In this document: positions 47,046 to 55,189 of the stretch, one piece after another
Layout: each line of letters starts with the position of its first letter
Position numbering within the stretch: the stretch's first letter is position 1
Origin: Ignavibacteriota bacterium
GTDB taxonomy: Bacteria > Bacteroidota > Ignavibacteria > Palsa-1295
Reading direction: 5' to 3'
NCBI GenBank assembly: GCA_963787835.1
Contig: CAWBEI010000002.1
Coordinates: 544,001-608,000, forward strand
Length of the DNA stretch: 64,000 bases
The notes under the pieces: model-generated
What the model was told of the DNA's origin: nothing
The model's database searches: none
Seen by the model: the letters and a program-made list of their open reading frames with translations, nothing else
Position numbers and translations under genes: made by a program

Positions 47046-49109
47046 ATGAAGTATTCTCTACTGTTCCTCCTCCTATTCGCTACATCAGCCCACGCCAAAA
47101 CCTGGCTCGTCGGCCCCACGCGGCAATACACCGTTCCCAGCGCCGTGATGAATCTCGTCGCCGATGGCGATACCGTCCTCATCGATTCCGGACTTTACGT
47201 TGGTGATGTCGGCGTGTGGAATAATAACAACCTCGTCATCCGCTGCCCGAACGGCATGGCACGCTTCAATGCCAACGGAAATATCGCGCAGGATAAAGGA
47301 ATTTGGGTGCTCGCGGGAAATAATACTTATGTGGAGGGTTTCGAGTTTTACGGTGCAGCCATCGACTCCGCCGATGGCGATAACGGCGCAGGCATACGTG
47401 TCGGTGGTAATGGATTAACCTGCAGAAGATGTTATTTCCACGATAATCAGGAGGGAATTCTTACCGCCAACGATACCGCCAACAACAACATCTGGATCGA
47501 AGCCTGCGAGTTCGATCATAATGGCGTGGAAACCGGCGGCGCAGCGGGATACGAACACAACATCTACGTCGGACACAGCACCAGTTGCACGATAAAGTTC
47601 TGCTATTTTCACCGCGCGATCGTGGGACATGAAATAAAGACCCGCGCGAACGTTAATTATATTCTCTACAACAAGATCGTCGATGGGCCAACGGGCGATG
47701 GCAGCTATTCCATAGACATGCCCAACGGCGGACTCTCCTTCGTGATCGGGAACTCCATCGAAAAGGGACCCATGACCGCAAACTCCACCGTCATCAGTTA
47801 TGGCGAAGAAGGCATTATCAATCCCGACTCTGAGTTTTATTTCGTCAACAACACAGTTGTGACCGACCGCAACCCAACCACATTCCTCAATATCCAGCCC
47901 GGTACAAAACCCGCACTAATTGCCAATAATATCTTCGCAGGGCCGGGGCATCCGCTTACTGCAACGGATACGATGGCAAATGTGGAATCGACAGATACTT
48001 CGTTCTTCCACTTTGCCGATCCAGCGAATTACGATTATCACATTACGCAAAATTTTCCTGGATATCAAACGGCTGTTTTCCCAGCAGGTCCTGATGAGTT
48101 ACGGTCCTTTTATTCAAATTGGCAGCAATATGTTGATCCAATGGATAGCGCATCTACACCATTTATCGATGAAGTAGGAGCATTCCAATTTTATGATTTT
48201 TCCGATTCTATTGTTATTGCGAAGCAATTCGATTCTATAACTTGCATCGGAGAATCCGATACGATGATTCTTGTGGTTTATGATACTAAAAGTCCTTTCC
48301 ACGAAGTTAGTATTCTGCTGTTGTTGGATTCGAACTATGACGGCGATTTCACTATACCATCATCAGCACCATACCTCAGCCCTGGGAATTTTGACACTAT
48401 TAAAGTGCTCTTTACTCCGACTACCAATCTGACAGAAATTGCGACATTAGTTCTTGATGGTCAGCCTTCGGAAACGATTACACTTCGGGCAACCGGCGGG
48501 GCTGCAATTATCGCTGGCCACGATACCATTTCTGCAGCTGTTGGTCAAACATCCGCAAAATTTCTTGTGACAATTTGCAATACCGGCACCTGCCCGTGGA
48601 CGCCCGGCGTTCCAATCATTGTTGATCCACAGTTTACTTATTCTACGCTCACAAATGGTGAACTTCCAACCATTGTTCCGGGCGACTGCATCCAGATTTA
48701 TTTTACATTTACACCGACACAAAGCGGGACTTCTACCTACCCTGTAGCCTTCCCAAACGCAGCAGGTACTTCCATTCCTCAGCCGAATGTTACTATTACT
48801 GGCATAGGAACTTCAGATGCTGTTTCACAGCCAAGCACTAACGGTGTTCACGTGATTGAGCAGAATTACCCAAATCCATTTGACCAAACCACGCAAATTG
48901 CGTTGCCATCCGGATTCGCGGGCGGTCAAGGAGTAAGCCTTAGCCTATATGGTATAACCGGCGCGCTTGTCATTCACAAAGATTATCCTAACACAACTTC
49001 AAGCATAGAATTTAGCCGGGAAGATCTTGCATCAGGCGTATATTATTATCGCATCGTTTCGCAAGATGGGAAATTGGAATGCTCGGGAAGTGTTGTTATC
49101 TCTCCGTGA
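47046..49109 (+). CDS. Secreted right-handed beta-helix protein with Ig-like domains and T9SS sorting domain
   Basis: Signal peptide; DGDTVLIDSG.Y, NGAGIR, FHDNQEGIL, HNIYVG, GHEIKTRA; C-terminal QNYPNPF...SGVYYYRI. Confidence 0.88.
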   Translation: MKYSLLFLLLFATSAHAKTWLVGPTRQYTVPSAVMNLVADGDTVLIDSGLYVGDVGVWNNNNLVIRCPNGMARFNANGNIAQDKGIWVLAGNNTYVEGFEFYGAAIDSADGDNGAGIRVGGNGLTCRRCYFHDNQEGILTANDTANNNIWIEACEFDHNGVETGGAAGYEHNIYVGHSTSCTIKFCYFHRAIVGHEIKTRANVNYILYNKIVDGPTGDGSYSIDMPNGGLSFVIGNSIEKGPMTANSTVISYGEEGIINPDSEFYFVNNTVVTDRNPTTFLNIQPGTKPALIANNIFAGPGHPLTATDTMANVESTDTSFFHFADPANYDYHITQNFPGYQTAVFPAGPDELRSFYSNWQQYVDPMDSASTPFIDEVGAFQFYDFSDSIVIAKQFDSITCIGESDTMILVVYDTKSPFHEVSILLLLDSNYDGDFTIPSSAPYLSPGNFDTIKVLFTPTTNLTEIATLVLDGQPSETITLRATGGAAIIAGHDTISAAVGQTSAKFLVTICNTGTCPWTPGVPIIVDPQFTYSTLTNGELPTIVPGDCIQIYFTFTPTQSGTSTYPVAFPNAAGTSIPQPNVTITGIGTSDAVSQPSTNGVHVIEQNYPNPFDQTTQIALPSGFAGGQGVSLSLYGITGALVIHKDYPNTTSSIEFSREDLASGVYYYRIVSQDGKLECSGSVVISP

Positions 49110-49120
49110 GAGATGATAGT

Positions 49121-49807
49121 ATGCGAAAGAAATTTAAAGCCCCGCTAAAAAAGCTCGATGACGCCGGCAGCGCCAACTTGGGATGGCGCGTGCTCGATAT
49201 TCCCTTCGATGTAAAGAAAACCTTCGGCAAGGGGGGCCGGCTTCCCGTAAAAGGCGAAGTGAACGGATTTGCATTTCGTACCTCGCTCTTTCCGCGCAAG
49301 GACGGGAAGCATTTTCTGCTCATGAACAAGCAAATGCAAAAGGAGGCAAACGCAACATCGCTCGGAGATAACGTTGAAGTTTGGATCGAACTCGATGAAG
49401 AAACGCGAACGGTCGGCATTCCCCTGCTTCTCAAAAAAGAGATCGAAGAAGATGAGAAGCTATTATCATATTTCAAATCCTTCAGCTATTCGATGCGCAA
49501 GTATTTTGCCGACCTTATCACTTCAGCAAAAAGCAAGCAAGTCCAAAAAAAGCGCGCGGAGGAACTCGCTGTCATCCTGATGCACATGCATGATGGCGAG
49601 GAGAACCCACCTCCCATCCTTGAAGCGGAATTTGCGCGCAACCCGAAAGCAAAGCGCGGCTGGGAACTGATGCCTGCTTCACACCGAAGAAGCCATCTGT
49701 GGGGCATCTTTTATTACAAAAATCCCGATTCGCGGGCGCGAAGAATGGCAAAAGCCATCGAGCAAATGGTGGAGTATGGGAATAAAAAAAAGAAAATATC
49801 TTCTTAA
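49121..49807 (+). CDS. DUF1905 / YdeI-OmpD-associated family protein
   Basis: IPFDV..TFG..GRLPVKGEVNG..FRTSLFP; duplicated C-terminal OmdA-like modules. Confidence 0.85.
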   Translation: MRKKFKAPLKKLDDAGSANLGWRVLDIPFDVKKTFGKGGRLPVKGEVNGFAFRTSLFPRKDGKHFLLMNKQMQKEANATSLGDNVEVWIELDEETRTVGIPLLLKKEIEEDEKLLSYFKSFSYSMRKYFADLITSAKSKQVQKKRAEELAVILMHMHDGEENPPPILEAEFARNPKAKRGWELMPASHRRSHLWGIFYYKNPDSRARRMAKAIEQMVEYGNKKKKISS

Positions 49808-49829
49808 TACTCTACCCTTAAATTAGCAT

Positions 49830-49995
49830 GTCATTCTGAGCGAAGCAACTCTTCGTCCGCCCCTCGGACGAAGAGTTGCGAAGTCGAAGAATCTCTGGTC
49901 GTTTACCAGTGAGCCAAACTACACGAGATCCTTCGACTCCGCAATTCTCCCAGCATCGTCGGCGATGCGGGTCGAATTGCTCCGCTCAGGATGAC
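49830..49995. repeat. REPIN-like element (GTCATCCTGAGC family)
   Basis: GTCATTCTGAGCG...GTCGAAGAATCTC...GAGATCCTTCGAC...CGCTCAGGATGAC. Confidence 0.85.
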
Positions 49996-50068
49996 AAGAA
50001 AGGATACGCATTTCTAACGGAACGGATGAAATAATCCGTAAATTTGAACCTCATAATCAAATACATCT

Positions 50069-50503
50069 ATGAAACGCAAACATTTTCTTCTCATCAGCGG
50101 CCTCGTCGCCTGGATCTTCAGCGTCGGAATGATGCTGATGCCATCGGGATTCACTTCCGGCATTTCCACCGTGCCGCCTACGCCGACCGTGGATGCATGG
50201 GCGCAATTCCTCGGCACCAACCTTTTTGCGATCGGCTTCATTAACATCTTTGCAAGCCGAAGTCCGTGGTCCGGCGCGGTTCGCGCCATCATGTGGGGCA
50301 ATATCGTTCTGCATGTGCTCGCCATCGCCGCGGACGCGAATGCCTACATGAACAACATCATCAATTTGCAGGGAATTATGCAGAGCACCGTCGTGCATCT
50401 GGTATTTATTATTGGGTTCTGCTACTACACGTTCGTGAAATCGACGCATGATATGAATGCAGCAAAACAAAACGTGGATTCGAAATTGCCGGATGCTGCG
50501 TAA
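50069..50503 (+). CDS. Hypothetical 4-TM membrane protein
   Basis: 144 aa with four hydrophobic segments. Confidence 0.7.
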   Translation: MKRKHFLLISGLVAWIFSVGMMLMPSGFTSGISTVPPTPTVDAWAQFLGTNLFAIGFINIFASRSPWSGAVRAIMWGNIVLHVLAIAADANAYMNNIINLQGIMQSTVVHLVFIIGFCYYTFVKSTHDMNAAKQNVDSKLPDAA

Positions 50504-51224
50504 GATATTATCTAAACTGGCGCTCGTTCAGCGCCAGATCCTGCACCGGTTCTACATCGGCCCTGCAAAAGAGCGGGAACTCATTCAGGAGTTCCATAAG
50601 CTCTATTATTATTCCAACATCGCGGGCAAAACGTGGGGCGATACCTGGTGGATGGGCACACCGGTGCTAAAATGCCCGCTTGATCTCTGGATCTATCAGG
50701 AAATAATTTTTCGCGTCAAACCCGATCTTATCATCGAAACAGGAACCTACAAAGGCGGCACCGCGCATTTCTTTGCTTCGATGTGTGACATAGCCCCCTC
50801 GCCCAGCAGGGAGAGGGGGTTGGGGGGTGAGGTAATAACCATTGACATCGAAGAATATCCCGATCGCCCAACGCATCCACGAATCACCTATCTGCACGGC
50901 TCATCCACAAGCCCTTCTATTATTGAAGCTGTTAGAAAACGAGCCGAATCCAAACAATCTGTTCTCATCATTCTCGACTCCGATCACAGCATGGCGCATG
51001 TCCGGAAGGAGATGGAGTTATATACACCGCTCGTTACAAGCGGCAGCTATCTTATCGTCGAAGATACCAACATCAACGGGAACCCTGTTCTGCCCGAATC
51101 CAGCCCCGGCCCGAAAGAAGCGATTGACGATTATTTAAGAACGCACTCGGATTTTTCCATAGACCGCTCCATGGAAAAGTTCTTGATGACGTTCAATCCG
51201 GGCGGGTATTTAAGAAAGCTATAA
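50493..51224 (+). CDS. CmcI family (cephalosporin hydroxylase / rhamnosyl O-methyltransferase-like)
   Basis: TWWMG.P.LKCPLDLWIYQEII...KPDLIIETGT..GG, ILDSDHS..HV, YLIVEDT. Confidence 0.92.
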   Translation: MLRKILSKLALVQRQILHRFYIGPAKERELIQEFHKLYYYSNIAGKTWGDTWWMGTPVLKCPLDLWIYQEIIFRVKPDLIIETGTYKGGTAHFFASMCDIAPSPSRERGLGGEVITIDIEEYPDRPTHPRITYLHGSSTSPSIIEAVRKRAESKQSVLIILDSDHSMAHVRKEMELYTPLVTSGSYLIVEDTNINGNPVLPESSPGPKEAIDDYLRTHSDFSIDRSMEKFLMTFNPGGYLRKL

Positions 51225-51230
51225 TTACAC

Positions 51231-51357
51231 GTCATTGCGAGGAGAATCGAACGACCAACGGGAGTTCGATTCGACGAAGCAATCTCTTCGCTTCGGGACG
51301 GAGATTGCTTCGTCGAGAATAAAAGGCTGTCGCCTTTTATTCTCTCCTCGCAATGAC
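51231..51357. repeat. REPIN-like element (GTCATTGCGAG family)
   Basis: GTCATTGCGAGGAG...GACGAAGCAATCTC...GAGATTGCTTCGTC...CTCCTCGCAATGAC. Confidence 0.88.
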
Positions 51358-51368
51358 ATGCAAATACA

Positions 51369-53198
51369 TCAGGCCTGCTCCAGCGACTCCTCCAACAACT
51401 GCCGCTTATAGAGGTCGTAATATTCCCCTTCAGCAGCAAGCAATTCCTGGTGCGTCCCCCGCTCGATGATGCGTCCGCGATCGAGAACTATTATCATATC
51501 CGCCTCACGCGCCGTTGACGTGCGATGACTGATAAGAATGGTCGTTCTTGGCTTCGCATCGTTTCGCAGATTCGAGAGGATCCGATCTTCTGTCGCCGTA
51601 TCTACGGCGGACATCGCATCATCCAGCACGAGAATTCTCGGATTACGAGCCAGTGCGCGAGCAATAGCCGTTCGTTGTTTCTGCCCACCGGAGAGCGTAA
51701 TGCCACGCTCCCCGATCATGGTCTCGAATTTTTCCGGGAATTCGTTCACGTTATCGTAAATATCGGCAGCGCGGGCCGCTTCTTCAGTTCCCAATGGCGA
51801 GGGTGGCGCGAGCTTCGGAAAGCCGCTTGTCATCGGCAGTTCATTGTATCCCAGAATCCGATTCTCCGACGGAATTCGTGACACTTCCTGGGTTCCAAAA
51901 GCAATATTTCCCGCGATCGTCTCGGAAAATAGGAACGGCTCCTGTGTGACAAATCCAATATTCATCCGCAGCACATCGAGCGGAATGGTGCGCAGGTCGT
52001 GGCCATCGACCGTAATATTTCCCTCCGTCGGATCGAATAATCGCGCGATCAGATTAACCAGCGAAGTCTTCCCCGAACCTGTGCGGCCAATGATGGCAAG
52101 CGTGGTTCCTTGTTCGATGCGAAGTGAAATATCTTGCAGCACTGGCTCCAGTTCCGGTCGGTACCGGAATGAAACATCATGAAATTCGATCTCCCCGCGG
52201 ATCGAAGCGATCTGCCAATTGGTGCGCTCGGAGTTCTCGATCTCCGGCTGGGTCTCGAATAATTTCGTAAGCCGCGCCATGCTGGCCGCGCCGCGCTGGA
52301 TCATGCCCGTCACAAACCCGATCGCAACGAATGGCCAGGTCAGCATTCCCAGATAAATGAAAAATTGCGAAAGCTCGCCAATGGATAAATGTTTGGACAT
52401 GATGAGATACCCACCTACAAGGAGCAGGATCACAGACGAAATTCCCATGAATCCAAAAATGATCGGCTGCATGAGGCCCTGCGTTCGCGCAAGCCGCATA
52501 TTTTTATCGAAGTATCCTTTCGCGAGTCCGTTGAACACCGAGGTCTCATACGCCTCTCTGACATAAGCGCGCACCACGCGGATTCCTGAAATACTTTCGG
52601 TCGTCCGGCCCGTCATCGTCGCAAAATGTGCCTGCACGGCATCGAAGAGCGGATGCACTTTCCGTCCAACGAGATACACTGCAAACGACATCAACGGCAG
52701 CGGCAGCACAACCGCAAGCGTGAGAGTCGGTGAGACAGCGATCATGAAGGCCAATACCGAGAGGAACGTCGCGAGCGTATCGGCCATGTACATGATGGAG
52801 GGACCGACAACGAAGCGCACGGCGTCGATGTCGTTCGTGGCATAGGCCATGAGTTCCCCTTGCGGTGTGTTCTGGAAAAATCGCATCGAAAGGCGCTCGA
52901 TGTGCGCCAGCAGATCGTTCCGAAGATCGTACTCGATCAAACGGCTCGCCACAATGATGTTTTGGCGAACGCGATAATACAGGAATCCGCTGATGAACGA
53001 AAGCACCACGATGATCCCTGCTTGTTCGAGGAGTGTCTGAATCGTTGCCGTTCCGCGCGTGATGGCATCGATCCCATTCCCAAAAAATCGAGGCCAAAAT
53101 GCCTGCGCCACACTCGAAAAAACCACGAGTATCAACCCGCGAATGAACATCTTTTTGTATCGCGCAAAATAGGGCCAGAGGCTGAGGAGTGATTTCAT
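51369..53198 (-). CDS. ABC transporter, fused permease/ATPase (MdlA-like exporter)
   Basis: Six-TM domain, GRTGSGKT, LSGGQKQR, ILVLDD, ISHR. Confidence 0.95.
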   Translation of the reverse strand: MKSLLSLWPYFARYKKMFIRGLILVVFSSVAQAFWPRFFGNGIDAITRGTATIQTLLEQAGIIVVLSFISGFLYYRVRQNIIVASRLIEYDLRNDLLAHIERLSMRFFQNTPQGELMAYATNDIDAVRFVVGPSIMYMADTLATFLSVLAFMIAVSPTLTLAVVLPLPLMSFAVYLVGRKVHPLFDAVQAHFATMTGRTTESISGIRVVRAYVREAYETSVFNGLAKGYFDKNMRLARTQGLMQPIIFGFMGISSVILLLVGGYLIMSKHLSIGELSQFFIYLGMLTWPFVAIGFVTGMIQRGAASMARLTKLFETQPEIENSERTNWQIASIRGEIEFHDVSFRYRPELEPVLQDISLRIEQGTTLAIIGRTGSGKTSLVNLIARLFDPTEGNITVDGHDLRTIPLDVLRMNIGFVTQEPFLFSETIAGNIAFGTQEVSRIPSENRILGYNELPMTSGFPKLAPPSPLGTEEAARAADIYDNVNEFPEKFETMIGERGITLSGGQKQRTAIARALARNPRILVLDDAMSAVDTATEDRILSNLRNDAKPRTTILISHRTSTAREADMIIVLDRGRIIERGTHQELLAAEGEYYDLYKRQLLEESLEQA

Positions 53199-53216
53199 GG
53201 AAAATTAGTCGCGTAT

Positions 53217-53343
53217 GTCATTGCGAGGAGAACGAATCGACCGAAGGGAGATTTGTTCGACGAAGCAATCTCAGACCCGAAGTGTGGAGATTGCTTCGTC
53301 GGTATCACTCCGCTGACGCTACGTGATTCCTCCTCGCAATGAC
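53217..53343. repeat. REPIN-like element (GTCATTGCGAG family)
   Basis: GTCATTGCGAGGAG...GACGAAGCAATCTC...GAGATTGCTTCGTC...CTCCTCGCAATGAC. Confidence 0.88.
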
Positions 53344-53439
53344 TAAACAACAAAAGCTCGAGCCTACAAACTCCTCAATAGCGGGACGAAACTCGCATCC
53401 CAAACTGTTATCCCTACCGTTTTCATAATAATCATTAAC

Positions 53440-54624
53440 ATGTCGTCTGATATAAAACATAGGATCAATGCCCTCGCCGAGAAATATTATCCTGAGATGG
53501 TTCGGCTGCGGCGCACCATTCATGAGAATCCCGAACTCGCCTTTGCGGAATTTGCCACGAGCGCGCTCGTCGCCGATACGCTCGAAAAAACCGGACTCTC
53601 CGTTAAACGCGGCATAGCAAGGACGGGCGTACTTGCATCCATTCATGGCAAAAAAACTGGAAAAGCGGTTGCACTGAGAAGCGATATGGATGCCCTGCCG
53701 ATTCAGGAAGCGACCGGACTCCCCTTCGCCTCGAAAAATCCCGGCAAGATGCACGCCTGCGGACATGATTCCCATACTGCCATCGGCCTCGGCGCAGCGA
53801 TGATCCTTTCGGAATTAAAAGATGAGCTTTCCGGCGAAGTGCGCTTTCTGTTCCAACCCAGCGAAGAACTTGTTCCAGGAGGCGCGCCCTATATGATCGA
53901 AGAAGGCGCGCTCGATGGTGTGTCGAAAATATTCGGCTTGCATGTCCTTTCGCAAGCCGATGCGGGAACCGTTGGTTTCTGCCCCGGCGAGATGATGGCA
54001 AGCGCGGACGAGCTTTATATCACGATCAAAGGCAAATCGGGCCACGGCGCAAGGCCGCATCTTACGGTCGATCCCGTTGTAGTCACAGCACAAGTAATTC
54101 TTGCATTGCAGACGCTAATCTCACGCAATCTCGATCCATTCGCTCATGGCGTGATCTCTATTTGCAGTATTCACGGCGGGTTCGCGCCGAATATCGTTCC
54201 GCCAGAGATAAAGCTCATCGGCACGCTGCGCTCGATGTCCAGAGAGTGGCGCCGGTTCGCACATGAACGCATTCATGAGATCGTAAATGGAATTTGTTAT
54301 TCCGCGCGCGCCGAAGCGGAGATAAACATTGCATCTGGCTACCCGGTATTGATCAATGACCCGGCCGAAACTGCGTTCGCCGATTCCTGCGCAAGGGAAT
54401 TATTTGGTGAAGACCGCGTCTTCCGAGCCGAGCGCCTGATGGCCTCGGAGGATTTTGCCTATTACCTCGAAAAAGTACCCGGCACATTCTACCGCCTCGG
54501 CATCCGCAATGAAGCCCAGGGCATCACCGCCGATATCCACAACGACCACTTCACCATCGACGAATCCTCCATGAAAGCCGGTGCCGCCATGCAGGCCTAT
54601 TTGGCGATCAGGGGTTTGCAATAG
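53440..54624 (+). CDS. M20 family amidohydrolase
   Basis: RR.IHENPEL, LRSDMDALP, MHACGHDSH, FQPSEE, GHGARPH, SEDFAYY. Confidence 0.95.
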   Translation: MSSDIKHRINALAEKYYPEMVRLRRTIHENPELAFAEFATSALVADTLEKTGLSVKRGIARTGVLASIHGKKTGKAVALRSDMDALPIQEATGLPFASKNPGKMHACGHDSHTAIGLGAAMILSELKDELSGEVRFLFQPSEELVPGGAPYMIEEGALDGVSKIFGLHVLSQADAGTVGFCPGEMMASADELYITIKGKSGHGARPHLTVDPVVVTAQVILALQTLISRNLDPFAHGVISICSIHGGFAPNIVPPEIKLIGTLRSMSREWRRFAHERIHEIVNGICYSARAEAEINIASGYPVLINDPAETAFADSCARELFGEDRVFRAERLMASEDFAYYLEKVPGTFYRLGIRNEAQGITADIHNDHFTIDESSMKAGAAMQAYLAIRGLQ

Positions 54625-54659
54625 GAACCTAATCCACGTCTTATCTCTTATGATACATC

Positions 54660-54884
54660 ATGTCAAAGAGCCTTTCATTAAATATTGAAGATGACGTTCT
54701 TCGGGAAGTGGATAAAGCTGCTCACGAGCTCCATCTTCCGCGCGAGACCTTTCTTCAGCAGGCGATTCGGAACTACGTCCAGCAGATCGGTCATCGCCGG
54801 CTTCGTTCGCAGCTTCGGAAAGAATCGGCACTTACGGCGTCGGAGTCCATGCGCGTTCTGAAAGAATTCGAAGCTGTTTCCTAA
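54660..54884 (+). CDS. Ribbon-helix-helix antitoxin (MazE-like partner)
   Basis: 74 aa with RHH-like N-terminus (SLSLNIEDDVLREVD...R..FLQQAIRNY); directly upstream of a MazF-like ORF. Confidence 0.8.
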   Translation: MSKSLSLNIEDDVLREVDKAAHELHLPRETFLQQAIRNYVQQIGHRRLRSQLRKESALTASESMRVLKEFEAVS

Positions 54885-54890
54885 TTCGGC

Positions 54891-55139
54891 ATGACCCACC
54901 GTCATGGTGAGATCTGGCTTGCCAATCTAAATCCAGGAAAAGGCACGGAACCGGGCAAGATCCGCCCCGTTATTATTCTTCAAACCGACGATCTCAATTC
55001 TACCCACCCCTCGACCGTCATCTGTCCGATTACCACAAATGTGATCGAAGAAGCAGACTTGCTTCGTGTTCATCTCGATCCAGGGCCAACAGGTTTAGAG
55101 CAAATCAAGACAAACATTCAAATTCTCCTTGCGATGTAA
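54891..55139 (+). pseudogene. mazF: MazF/PemK toxin, shortened by an apparent internal deletion
   Basis: GEIWLANLNP..G.EPGKIRPVII.Q..., STVICPITT; only 82 aa, lacking the S...DQIRxID.xR segment. Confidence 0.7.
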
Positions 55140-55189
55140 AGCCATTTTCGACGGGACGAAATATTAAGTGGTGCTGTTCAAAATCCTCC

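Noticed and set aside
46765-47182. Short ORFs over REPIN elements (also 26682-26903, 43133-43339, 51131-51439)
   Set aside because: These are translations of palindromic repeats, not genes.
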